Shown here in pieces: positions 18,193 through 27,455 of a stretch of DNA of 33,064 bases (position 1 is the stretch's first letter; every line of letters starts with the position of its first letter). The position numbers and the translations under genes are program-made. Where the stretch lies: positions 1 through 33,064 of the forward strand of contig JBDLRC010000103.1 of the NCBI GenBank assembly GCA_039800265.1. Direction: 5' to 3'. Source of the DNA: Pseudomonadota bacterium (lineage in GTDB: Bacteria; Pseudomonadota; Gammaproteobacteria; Burkholderiales; Burkholderiaceae_A). The notes under the pieces were generated by a model. The model had not been told where the DNA came from, did no database searches, and saw only the letters and a list, made by a program, of their open reading frames with translations.

Positions 18193-18885
18193 ATGGGATA
18201 CGACTTTGATTTCGATGTGATCCAGCGCTCCTGGGTTTATCTTTTCCGTGATGGCATGACCTTTTCGGTCACCCTGACCCTGCTGTCCATGCTGGGCGGC
18301 ATCGTGTTGGGCACATTGTTGGCCCTGATGCGGCTATCGTCGTACAAATCGCTCAATCTGATCGCGGGCAGCTACGTGAACATCATGCGTTCCTTGCCTC
18401 TGGTGCTGGTTATTTTCTGGTTCTTTTTCCTGGTGCCGTATATCGGCGGATGGCTGGCCGGTAGCAATCAGCCCATGAAGGTCGGTGCGTTTGCCAGCGC
18501 CTTGATTACATTCACGATGTTTGAGGCAGCGTTTTATTGCGAGATCATGCGCGCTGGCATCCAGTCGATTCCGAAAGGACAGGTTGCTGCGGGCTACGCC
18601 ATTGGCCTGAATTACCGGCAGACCATGTCATTTATTGTTTTGCCTCAGGCCTTTCGGAACATGTTGCCGGTGCTGCTGACACAGACCATTATTTTGTTTC
18701 AGGACACCTCGCTGGTGTATGTCATCTCCAGCACCGATTTTCTCGGTGCTGCATCAAAGGTTGCCAACCGCGATCACCGGCTGGTAGAGATGTATACCTT
18801 CGCGGCTTTGGTGTACTTCATTATTTGTTTCACGGCCTCCATGTATGTACGCCGGCTTCAGGCTCGCATTTCGATTATTCGCTAA
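18193..18885 (+). CDS. gltK: Glutamate/aspartate ABC permease
   Basis: RSLPLVLVIFWF, FEAAFYCEIMRAGIQS, FQDTSLVY. Confidence 0.93.
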   Translation: MGYDFDFDVIQRSWVYLFRDGMTFSVTLTLLSMLGGIVLGTLLALMRLSSYKSLNLIAGSYVNIMRSLPLVLVIFWFFFLVPYIGGWLAGSNQPMKVGAFASALITFTMFEAAFYCEIMRAGIQSIPKGQVAAGYAIGLNYRQTMSFIVLPQAFRNMLPVLLTQTIILFQDTSLVYVISSTDFLGAASKVANRDHRLVEMYTFAALVYFIICFTASMYVRRLQARISIIR

Positions 18886-18903
18886 CCAACGAGTGTCTAG
18901 ACC

Positions 18904-19632
18904 ATGATTCAATTTAAAAACGTGAGCAAGTGGTACGGCAGTTTTCAAGTGCTCGATGATTGCTCCACCCAGGTCTCCAAAGGTGAAGTGGTCGTGGTCT
19001 GCGGGCCGTCGGGCTCAGGAAAGTCCACGCTTATTAAGTGCGCCAATGGCCTCGAGCCTTTTCAAAAAGGTGAGCTCATCTTCAATGGTGTATCCGTGGG
19101 CGACCCAAAGACGAACCTGCCGAAGCTGCGCTCGCAGATCGGCATGGTCTTTCAGCACTTTGAGCTCTTTCCCCACCTCTCGGTGATGGAGAACCTTACA
19201 TTGGGCCAGATCAAAGTCTTAGGCCGGCCCCCAGAGGAAGCCCACGACAAGGCAAAAAAACTGCTCGAACGTGTAGGCCTGAGTATTCATGCTGAAAAAT
19301 TTCCCGGCCAGTTGTCGGGTGGTCAGCAGCAGCGTGTGGCCATCGCGCGTGCCTTGTGCATGGATCCAATGGCGATGCTGTTTGATGAGCCGACCTCGGC
19401 CTTGGATCCTGAAATGGTCAACGAAGTGCTCGATGTCATGGTGTCATTGGCCAAAGAGGGCATGACCATGATGGTGGTGACTCATGAGATGGGATTTGCA
19501 CGAAAAGTGTCCGATCGCGTGATCTTCATGGACGCTGGAAAAATCGTAGAGGACTGCACCAAGGATGAATTCTTCGGCGCCCCCCGCAGCCCTCGTGCGC
19601 AAGAATTCTTATCCAAGATTCTCAGCCACTGA
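18904..19632 (+). CDS. gltL: Glutamate/aspartate ABC ATPase
   Basis: [36 protein letters not shown]. Confidence 0.95.
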   Translation: MIQFKNVSKWYGSFQVLDDCSTQVSKGEVVVVCGPSGSGKSTLIKCANGLEPFQKGELIFNGVSVGDPKTNLPKLRSQIGMVFQHFELFPHLSVMENLTLGQIKVLGRPPEEAHDKAKKLLERVGLSIHAEKFPGQLSGGQQQRVAIARALCMDPMAMLFDEPTSALDPEMVNEVLDVMVSLAKEGMTMMVVTHEMGFARKVSDRVIFMDAGKIVEDCTKDEFFGAPRSPRAQEFLSKILSH

Positions 19633-19667
19633 CCATCGGCCGTTTGCGGCCCCCATCAAGGAGCTTT

Positions 19668-20741
19668 ATGACCACGTTTCGCATTGCTGCCATCCCGGGC
19701 GACGGCATTGGCACGGAAGTGATGCCTGAAGGGCTTCGGGTGCTGGATGAAGCCGCCAGAGCATTTGGAATTTCGTTATCCATCGATCATTTTGATTTTG
19801 CGTCGTGCGACTACTATCAAAAGCATGGCGACATGATGCCGGCGGACTGGAAAGAGCAGATTGGTGGCCACGATGCGATTTTTTTTGGTGCGGTTGGCTG
19901 GCCGGCCACCGTTCCGGATCACATCTCCCTCTGGGGATCATTGCTCAAGTTTCGCCGGGAGTTTGACCAGTACGTGAATCTACGCCCTGTTCGGCTCATG
20001 CCGGGCGTACGGTGCCCACTTGCCGACCGCAAGCCGGGCGATATCGATTTTTTTGTGGTCCGTGAAAATACCGAGGGCGAGTACTCGGCCGTCGGAGGCA
20101 TCATGTTTCCGGGCACTGAGCGTGAGGTGGCCGTGCAAGAGACGGTGATGAGTAAATTTGGCACCGATCGTATTCTGAAATTCGCATTCGAACTTGCTCA
20201 GAAGCGGCCCAAGAAGCACCTTACATCGGCCACTAAATCCAATGGCATCGCTATCACAATGCCCTGGTGGGATAGCCGTGTGGCCGACATGTCCACGCGT
20301 TACCCCGAAGTAAGGGTCGACAAATACCACATCGATATTCTTACGGCCAATTTTGTGTTGCATCCGGATTGGTTCGATGTGGTGGTGGCAAGTAATCTGT
20401 TCGGCGATATCCTTTCCGATCTTGGGCCGGCCTGCACGGGGACCATCGGTATCGCACCCTCGGCGAACCTTAATCCTGAGCGTCGATTTCCTTCGTTGTT
20501 TGAGCCGGTTCATGGGTCGGCGCCTGACATCGCGGGCAAGGGCGTTGCGAATCCGATCGCACAGATCTGGTCGGCCGCTCTGATGTTGGATTTCCTGGGG
20601 TTTCCACAGGCCCACGATTCAATTTTGCGTGCCATTGAAGACGTCTTGCAGAGCGGACCCACCACGCGGGACCTGGGGGGAACGGCCTCCACGGTGGATG
20701 TGGGCAAGGCGATCGCGGAAGCGGTCGCGACGGGCACATGA
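19668..20741 (+). CDS. Tartrate dehydrogenase/decarboxylase (D-malate dehydrogenase; TtuC/DmlA family)
   Basis: IPGDGIG.EV, PDHISLWG, RENTEGEY, TKSNG, FEPVHGSAPDI; ATG 19668 after AGGAG. Confidence 0.93.
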   Translation: MTTFRIAAIPGDGIGTEVMPEGLRVLDEAARAFGISLSIDHFDFASCDYYQKHGDMMPADWKEQIGGHDAIFFGAVGWPATVPDHISLWGSLLKFRREFDQYVNLRPVRLMPGVRCPLADRKPGDIDFFVVRENTEGEYSAVGGIMFPGTEREVAVQETVMSKFGTDRILKFAFELAQKRPKKHLTSATKSNGIAITMPWWDSRVADMSTRYPEVRVDKYHIDILTANFVLHPDWFDVVVASNLFGDILSDLGPACTGTIGIAPSANLNPERRFPSLFEPVHGSAPDIAGKGVANPIAQIWSAALMLDFLGFPQAHDSILRAIEDVLQSGPTTRDLGGTASTVDVGKAIAEAVATGT

Positions 20742-20769
20742 TCGGTTTTGGTCAATAATTCACCTCACC

Positions 20770-22065
20770 ATGGACAACCTGTCAGCATCCGCGCTTTTGC
20801 GCAAGAGTTTTGAGGCGGCTGTTGCTGCTGCAGATCCGCTCAAGATAGTTGCCCAGCATCTGCCGAATCCGCCTGCCCGGGGCCGTACCTTGGTGGTGGG
20901 GGCTGGTAAGGCGGCCGCCAGCATGGCTGCTGCGGTCGAAGCGGTTTGGCCCCACGATCAGCCCCTTTCGGGAATTGTGATTACGCGTTATGCCCATGGT
21001 CTACCGCTTACGCGGATCCGTTGTGTGGAGGCCGGCCATCCCGTGCCCGATGATTCTGGCGAACAGGCTGCGGCTGAACTCTTTGAGCAGGTGACCAGGC
21101 TCACCGAAGACGATCAGTTGATTGTTCTGGTCTCGGGTGGTGGTTCGAGCTTACTGGCCTTGCCTGTCGATGGCGTGAGCATTTCTGATCTGAAGTCGTT
21201 AACGCAGGCCTTGTTGAAGTCAGGTGCTCCTATTACGGAAATGAACGTGGTGCGTAAGCATCTGTCGAAAGCTCAAGGTGGACAACTCGCGCTGGCCTCC
21301 AGGGCTCCGGTCACGGCGTTGGTGATATCGGATGTTGTCGGAGATGACCCTTCGGCGATCGCGTCGGGCCCCTGTTCGGCGGATCCATCAACCTATGCCG
21401 ACGCCCAGGCCGTGCTGCGCCGTTGGAGTGTGGTGCCTGCCCCCTCCGTAGAGGCCCATCTGGCTGCGGGTGTTCGCGGTGAAAAGCCTGAGACACCCAA
21501 GCCCGGTGATGCGCGGCTCTCTCACGCGCGCACTGTTGTGATTGCGACCGCGCATGCCAGTCTTGAAGCAGCCTCGAGGGTGTTTTCGCAGGCAGGCATA
21601 CGGCCCATCGTGTTGGGCGATTCGGTCACCGGAGAGGCCCGTGATGTCGCCCAGGTCTACGCCTCCTGGGTACGTGAGCTGGCCTTGTTTTCGAGCAGCG
21701 ATTTTCGCCTGCCCGTCGCCCTGATTTCGGGGGGCGAGTGTACGGTCACCGTGCGGGGTAGCGGCCGAGGAGGGCGTTGTGTCGAATTTTTACTTGCCCT
21801 GGGGCTTGCGTTAGATGATCTTGGTGTTGCACATCGTGCTGTTGCAATTGCCGCGGACACCGACGGCATTGATGGTGTCAGTCCTCATGCGGGTGCGGTC
21901 CTGTTGTCCGATACCGTGACGCGTGCCCGTGCACAGGGCCTCTCCATGCGGGCATTGTTGGATAACAACGATGGCCTTGGGTTGTTTGAACCCCTGGGCG
22001 ATGTCATCACCACTGGAGCAACCCGCACCAATGTCAACGACTATCGGGCGATCGTAGTGTTTTAG
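20770..22065 (+). CDS. Glycerate 2-kinase (MOFRL/TtuD type)
   Basis: GAGKAA, EAGHPVPD, SGGGSSL, SGGE.TV, DTDGIDG, TRTNVND. Confidence 0.92.
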   Translation: MDNLSASALLRKSFEAAVAAADPLKIVAQHLPNPPARGRTLVVGAGKAAASMAAAVEAVWPHDQPLSGIVITRYAHGLPLTRIRCVEAGHPVPDDSGEQAAAELFEQVTRLTEDDQLIVLVSGGGSSLLALPVDGVSISDLKSLTQALLKSGAPITEMNVVRKHLSKAQGGQLALASRAPVTALVISDVVGDDPSAIASGPCSADPSTYADAQAVLRRWSVVPAPSVEAHLAAGVRGEKPETPKPGDARLSHARTVVIATAHASLEAASRVFSQAGIRPIVLGDSVTGEARDVAQVYASWVRELALFSSSDFRLPVALISGGECTVTVRGSGRGGRCVEFLLALGLALDDLGVAHRAVAIAADTDGIDGVSPHAGAVLLSDTVTRARAQGLSMRALLDNNDGLGLFEPLGDVITTGATRTNVNDYRAIVVF

Positions 22066-22092
22066 AGCACCCCTTTTGGAGCGCATCTGGTC

Positions 22093-23157
22093 ATGGAGAA
22101 ACTCATTCTCACCCGTCCTGACGACTGGCATTTGCATCTGCGTGATGGCAAAGCTTTGGCGTCGGTTGTGCCTTACACGGTGAGGCAATTTGCCCGTGCG
22201 ATTGTGATGCCCAACCTTCGTCCACCGGTGACGACAGTGGCCGAGGCCCAAGACTACGCCCAGCGTATTCGGTCGATGGTGCCGGATAGTCTCATCGAGC
22301 AGGGTTACGATTTCGAGCCCTTGATGACACTGTATTTTACCGACAACACCACAGCCGATGAGATCGGGCGTGCGGCCGACAGCTCAGTGGTGAAGGCGGT
22401 GAAGCTGTATCCCGCAGGGGCTACGACCAATTCCGACAGTGGTGTGACCGACATCGCCCGTTGCGCACCCGCCCTAGAGGCCATGCAGCGGTTCGGCATC
22501 CCGTTGTGCGTGCACGGTGAGGTGACCGATGCACAGGTAGATGTGTTTGATCGCGAAGCGGTATTTATCGATCGCATTTTGGCACCCTTGCGCCGCGACT
22601 TTCCAGAGCTTCGTATCGTGTTGGAGCACGTCACGACGCAGCAGGCAGTCGATTTTGTCAAGGATGCATCGGGCCCCATTGCAGCGACCATCACGCCACA
22701 GCATTTACTCTACAGCCGTAATGCATTGTTTGAGGGGGGGCTGCGTCCGCACTGGTATTGTCTCCCGGTGCTTAAACGCGAGACCCATCGTCAGGCGTTG
22801 CTACGCGCCGCCACCAGTGGCAGCCCACGGTTTTTTCTGGGCACCGACAGCGCACCCCATGAGCGTTCAACCAAAGAGGCTGGCTGTGGCTGTGCAGGCT
22901 GTTTCTCTGCGCCCTATGCACTGGAGCTTTATGCCCAGGCCTTCGCATCGGCGAATGCACTTGATCGCCTAGAGGCGTTCGCAAGTTTTTACGGCCCGGA
23001 TTTCTACGGCCTCCCCCGGAACACCGCAAAAGTGATGTTGTGGAAATCCGAGCAGATCATCGAAGAAACGTTGCCGTTTGCCGATGGGCAGATTGTGCCT
23101 CTGGCAGCGGGGCAGCGCCTTGAGTGGAGTTTTCAAGGGCTTGTCACTGGCGTTTGA
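22093..23157 (+). CDS. pyrC: Dihydroorotase (type II)
   Basis: PDDWHLHLRDG, KLYPAGATTNS, CLPVLKRE, FLGTDSAPH. Confidence 0.97.
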   Translation: MEKLILTRPDDWHLHLRDGKALASVVPYTVRQFARAIVMPNLRPPVTTVAEAQDYAQRIRSMVPDSLIEQGYDFEPLMTLYFTDNTTADEIGRAADSSVVKAVKLYPAGATTNSDSGVTDIARCAPALEAMQRFGIPLCVHGEVTDAQVDVFDREAVFIDRILAPLRRDFPELRIVLEHVTTQQAVDFVKDASGPIAATITPQHLLYSRNALFEGGLRPHWYCLPVLKRETHRQALLRAATSGSPRFFLGTDSAPHERSTKEAGCGCAGCFSAPYALELYAQAFASANALDRLEAFASFYGPDFYGLPRNTAKVMLWKSEQIIEETLPFADGQIVPLAAGQRLEWSFQGLVTGV

Positions 23158-23917
23158 CAGCCGGCGGCCATGGCGCGATGGGTTTCGTGGCCCTTGGATG
23201 GATCGCGTCGAGTCATTGCCCTATGACGATCTGCTCAACGCGTTGAACCAAGAGGCGCGGGCGCTTTCAGCTTCAACCGGCTACGGCAAGCCGTTGCAAT
23301 TTGTTGGTCATGACGCGTGCGCTGCCGACCGTGCCTATGAGTCTTGGATCGCCGATACCGGATGCGTACCGACCCGCGATAACCTTCACGACCGGTACAA
23401 CGCGCTGGTCTGGTGCAATGCGCCTATCACCAAGGCACGTTTGAATCGTTTGCAGGCGCAGGCGATTGAGCGTCAGACGAACCGTTCTCGCCGCGGCCCC
23501 TTGCGCGATGCCGCTACGCTTTGGGATGAGAATTTATTAGTGGTGGCAGCGTCGGAACATGGTGCACTGTGTCGAGATCTTCTGGTACAGCATGACTGGC
23601 CTTCACTCTTCATTACGCATCGCCAACGTTGGGGACGTGATTGGTTCCCTATGGTGTTTGGCCATGCACTTTTGGAAAAATTGAGGTCTCCCTATAAAGC
23701 CATTACAGCCCACGCGATGGTGGTGCCATCGGCAAGCGCATCTTGGCCATGTCTCGATCCTGTCTTGGCAGACTATGCCCACAGCGACTTGATGCCCTCT
23801 GACTTTCTTCCGATTCCGGTCATGGGACTTCCGGGCTGGGACCCGGCGAATGAGCACCCGGCCTATTACCGAGACCCGCAGGTGTTTCGCCCAGCCCGCG
23901 TGAGGCCAACCGCATAA
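23141..23917 (+). CDS. DUF3025 family protein
   Basis: PTRDNLHD..NAL.W, RGPLRDAATL.DEN, FGHALLEKL; follows pyrC; start uncertain (TTG 23141 or ATG 23198). Confidence 0.82.
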   Translation: MSLAFDSRRPWRDGFRGPWMDRVESLPYDDLLNALNQEARALSASTGYGKPLQFVGHDACAADRAYESWIADTGCVPTRDNLHDRYNALVWCNAPITKARLNRLQAQAIERQTNRSRRGPLRDAATLWDENLLVVAASEHGALCRDLLVQHDWPSLFITHRQRWGRDWFPMVFGHALLEKLRSPYKAITAHAMVVPSASASWPCLDPVLADYAHSDLMPSDFLPIPVMGLPGWDPANEHPAYYRDPQVFRPARVRPTA

Positions 23918-26213
23918 GTCGTGCAACGCGCTCTTCGAGCTCGTCAAGCTTGAGAGGCTTGATCAGGTGATCGTTGCACCCGGCGTCGCGGGATGCCGTC
24001 ACGTCGTGGTCAAACGCATGCCCCGATAGAGCCACGATCACGGGCGGATTCGCGGTGGGCCGGGCGCGTATCAGGCGCACCACATCAAGGCCGTTTCCGT
24101 CGGGAAGGTCGATGTCCATGACCACCAGGTCAAACGTTTGTTGATCGGTAATGGCCAGCGCTTCGGTGGCCGTCGCTGCCTCGGTTGCCTGATGGCCCTG
24201 CATGGCGCACCAACGCATCAAGAGTTGCCTGTTGATCGCCACGTCATCGACCACCAGCACACGTAGGGCGTGCAAGGTGCGCGTCGCGGTTTGGGCAGCA
24301 GCTGCAGGGGCGTGCGGACGGATCTCGGTGCCGTACCGATCCATCGTGACAGGTATCGCAATCGAAATGCAGGTCCCCCGCCCAAGTTCGGACTGCAACG
24401 CCAATTGACCGCCCATGGCTTCTGCAAGTGCGCGGCTGACCGGCAGCCCGAGTCCGCTGCCGCCGTAGCGTGCCGCTGTGCTGAGATCTGCTTGCTGAAA
24501 GCGGCCGAAGATGACGTCTTGTTGCGACTGGCGAAGGCCGATCCCGGTGTCACGGACTTCAATGGTCAGGATGCCATCACCTGTCGGTGCATTTACAGCG
24601 GGCGTTGCAGGCTGAGGTGCATCAAGGAGCCGAACCGAGATCGTCACGCTTCCGTGATCAGTGAATTTCACCGCATTGGAGAGCATATTTTTGACGATCT
24701 GCCCGAGACGACGGCGGTCTCCAAGAATGGTCACGCCGTCGCTGCCGTGTGTTTTCAGTTGATAGTCCAGAGATTTCTGGTGGGCCAGCGGCGCAAACAA
24801 TGCGACGTTGGCGTGGATCATGTCATTCAAGACAAACGGCTGGCGCTCTAGCACGATGCGTTGTTCTTCAATGGCTGCGAGATCAAGGATATCGTTGACG
24901 AGCTCGTGCAATTCTTTTGCGCACGCGATGATGTGGTCAAGGTCAGAATGGTGGCTTGCGGAGTCCAATTGACGTTTCAATAATTCGGCATGGCCCATCA
25001 GGCCGTGCAGTGGTGTTCGAATTTCGTGGCTCATGTCCGCAAGGAATCGGGATTTGGCCTGATCGGCGAGCTGGCCTGCCTCCATCGCGGTGATCAGCTG
25101 ATTGGTGGCCTGCGCGAGCAGTACGAATTCATGTGGGGTGTGACGGTTCCATTGAACACGGCCTCCGTCACGCGCGATGGCACCAATGTCGTGCATTAAG
25201 CGCTCGATCGGTCTGAGTGATCGTTGCAGCAGTAGCCATGCCGCGAGTATGAAAATAAGGGCTGCCCCAAGCACCACCAACCAGACGTTCACGATGGATT
25301 GGTGCGTGAGTGGAACGGCTTCCCGTAGGGGTACCCGAATCAGGGTGACCCAGTTGAGCTGATGGCCCTCACCGTAGCCTGGATGCCGGGTGTAGCCCAC
25401 CAGATACGTCTGCCCGTCGGGCCAGGTTTCTCGCGACCATCCGGAGTTGCCGAGTGCTGCATCCCGATGGCTGTGAAGGGCCCGGGCATCATGCGGCTCG
25501 AGGCCTACGCCAAGAAGTCGCGGAGATCCATCGGTGCTTGTGACGATCACCTCTACGCGATGGGACAGTCGAAGCGAGGAGGTAAACCGTTGTTGTTGCG
25601 CAATCAGCCAGTCCCAGCTTAAGTGCGCCCCCAGCACACCCAATAAGGTGCCATCTCGCCGTATGACCGGGGCCGTCACGTCAATGAATCGCCAAGGCTG
25701 CCCGTCGTCACGGACAGGCAACGATGCGGCAAGTAATTTTGCGTCGTGCAGGTCGACAGTTCTGGCCTGCTGTCGTCCCTCCCGATACCAATCCCGGTCC
25801 ACAACACTGTGGCCCTCGAGCACATGGTTGCCCGAGGCTACGATCAGGCCGTCTGCATTGGCGTAACCAATCCACGCATATTCAGGAATGGAGCGCTGAA
25901 TGACGGTGAGCCACTGCGCAAGTTTTAAGGGCTGTTCATGCAGCCTAAGTTCAGGCAGCAGCGCGGCGCGGGATTGCAAGTCCATCAACTGGCGGCCGAT
26001 GGTCATGTCAAGCAGTTCCGCGAAGTAATAGGCCTGGGCGGCCAAGGTATTGCCGACTTCTCGTTCCAGTCGGCTCAGGGTGGTGGCAGAAATCACCACG
26101 GCCAAAGCCACAAGCCCACTGAGCATGGGCGCGATGGTCCCTCGCATCAGCTGTGCCCTTAGCGGCCGCGGCCGGGCCGATGCGGTCATCTTGCTTTGAT
26201 GCTGTATGCCCAT
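23820..26213 (-). CDS. Membrane hybrid sensor histidine kinase (Cache-type sensor, HAMP-like, HisKA, HATPase, receiver)
   Basis: Two TM segments flanking a periplasmic domain; MSHEIRTPL, NAVKFT, DTGIG, GGSGLGL; receiver VVDD, VMDIDLP, KP; start uncertain. Confidence 0.9.
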   Translation of the reverse strand: MGIQHQSKMTASARPRPLRAQLMRGTIAPMLSGLVALAVVISATTLSRLEREVGNTLAAQAYYFAELLDMTIGRQLMDLQSRAALLPELRLHEQPLKLAQWLTVIQRSIPEYAWIGYANADGLIVASGNHVLEGHSVVDRDWYREGRQQARTVDLHDAKLLAASLPVRDDGQPWRFIDVTAPVIRRDGTLLGVLGAHLSWDWLIAQQQRFTSSLRLSHRVEVIVTSTDGSPRLLGVGLEPHDARALHSHRDAALGNSGWSRETWPDGQTYLVGYTRHPGYGEGHQLNWVTLIRVPLREAVPLTHQSIVNVWLVVLGAALIFILAAWLLLQRSLRPIERLMHDIGAIARDGGRVQWNRHTPHEFVLLAQATNQLITAMEAGQLADQAKSRFLADMSHEIRTPLHGLMGHAELLKRQLDSASHHSDLDHIIACAKELHELVNDILDLAAIEEQRIVLERQPFVLNDMIHANVALFAPLAHQKSLDYQLKTHGSDGVTILGDRRRLGQIVKNMLSNAVKFTDHGSVTISVRLLDAPQPATPAVNAPTGDGILTIEVRDTGIGLRQSQQDVIFGRFQQADLSTAARYGGSGLGLPVSRALAEAMGGQLALQSELGRGTCISIAIPVTMDRYGTEIRPHAPAAAAQTATRTLHALRVLVVDDVAINRQLLMRWCAMQGHQATEAATATEALAITDQQTFDLVVMDIDLPDGNGLDVVRLIRARPTANPPVIVALSGHAFDHDVTASRDAGCNDHLIKPLKLDELEERVARLMRLASRGLGETPAGLGNRPGAHSPGPSPEVP

Positions 26214-26292
26214 TGGTTTATATAACTATGATAGCTAGAACTAAAAACGATAATGGTATGCAGCCTCCTCCAAAGCCGTTATGATCAAACGC

Positions 26293-26653
26293 AACAAAGT
26301 GAACCGGGCGGCCGCTGCTGCCAGCGTGCAGGAGAGGAAGGTCCGGACTCCATAGGGTAGGGTGACGGCTAACGGCCGTACGCAGCAAGCACTCGTAAGA
26401 GTGCCCAAGGCGAGGAATAGGGCCACAGAGACGAGTAAACACGGGCAACCGTGTGGACGTGAAACGCGGTAACCTCCACCCGGAGCAACACCAAATAGGC
26501 GTGCGCCTGGCTTTGCCAGAACGGGTGTCCCGCCCGATGCACGCGGGTAGGTGGCTTGAGCCCACTGGCAACAGGGGGCCTAGAGGGATGGTCGCCATAA
26601 AGAACCTCAAGCGGTTCTTCGTAACAGAATCCGGCCTACAGGTTCACTTTGTT
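26293..26653 (+). ncRNA. rnpB: RNase P RNA, bacterial class A
   Basis: P1 AACAAAGTGAAC/GTTCACTTTGTT; GAGGAAGGTCCGG; GCCACAGAGA; GTGAAACGCGGTAACC; GGAGCAA..CAAATAG; ACAGAATCCGGCCTA. Confidence 0.97.
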
Positions 26654-26720
26654 TTCTTCTCCAATCCTTATCGCCGTGCGCCGGCCTTGTCTCGCGGCCA
26701 GATCGCCTAAAATTCACACG

Positions 26721-27212
26721 ATGAAAGTGTTTAATCTGAAGTGCGAGCACGGCCATGCGTTTGAGGGCTGGTTTCGCAGTCACCTCGCCTTTGAGGACCA
26801 GCGCTCGCGTGGTTTGCTGTCCTGCCCGTTCTGCGATAGCCATGCGGTCGAGAAGACGCTTTCGGCCCCGCGTTTGAATCTCTCGGGGGCCACCGAGCAA
26901 CCCGAGCAGCCGTTGTCGTCGGGTGTGGCCCAAGACAGTGGACACTCCGGTATGGCAGCCTCCGTGGGGGGGTCTTCGGAGCACTCTCAGGCCCTTGCGG
27001 CGGCGATTGCGGTCGTCCGTAAGATGCTTTCCACGAGTGAAGATGTGGGTGATCGCTTCGCAGAAGAGGCCCGCGCTATGCAGGCCAATGAAGTTCCGGC
27101 GCGGGCTATTCATGGTCAGACATCTGTGCAAACAGCCCAGGAACTCCTCGAGGAGGGTATCCCCGTGGTAGCACTTCCCTTTTCCGGCCTGCTCAAAACG
27201 CCACTGCAGTAG
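26721..27212 (+). CDS. DUF1178 family protein
   Basis: MKVFNLKC..GH.FEGWF, CPFC, VGDRFAEEAR.M, IHG, ELLEEGIPV. Confidence 0.92.
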   Translation: MKVFNLKCEHGHAFEGWFRSHLAFEDQRSRGLLSCPFCDSHAVEKTLSAPRLNLSGATEQPEQPLSSGVAQDSGHSGMAASVGGSSEHSQALAAAIAVVRKMLSTSEDVGDRFAEEARAMQANEVPARAIHGQTSVQTAQELLEEGIPVVALPFSGLLKTPLQ

Positions 27213-27384
27213 GCTCTTCAGGCTGCCATATCCTGGTTTTCCGGGGGCCGACCTGACGATCATCTTTACAAATCACTTGATAAGTGATTTTTATCCCGTT
27301 GATTTATATGATTTTTTAATTCAAAATCGACTTCAAAATAGAGTCTAAGTCCTTGTTTTAGAAAGAAAAATTCCCCCAAGTCGC

Positions 27385-27413
27385 TTGACCGATCTTTGCC
27401 TTTTTCTTAAAGT
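27385..27413 (+). promoter_or_regulatory. Sigma70 promoter of the dcw cluster
   Basis: TTGACC (27385-27390), 17-nt spacer, TAAAGT (27408-27413). Confidence 0.7.
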
Positions 27414-27446
27414 GGGAAATCGTGCAAAAAAGTGGTTTTTTGTGGG
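27412..27446 (+). promoter_or_regulatory. MraZ-binding direct repeats
   Basis: GTGGG, GTGCA, GTGGT, GTGGG at 27412, 27422, 27432, 27442 (exact 10-bp period). Confidence 0.8.
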
Positions 27447-27455
27447 GGAGTTGAT

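Noticed and set aside
26218-26710. ORFs overlapping rnpB on both strands
   Set aside because: Fully explained by the RNase P RNA; no protein-like features
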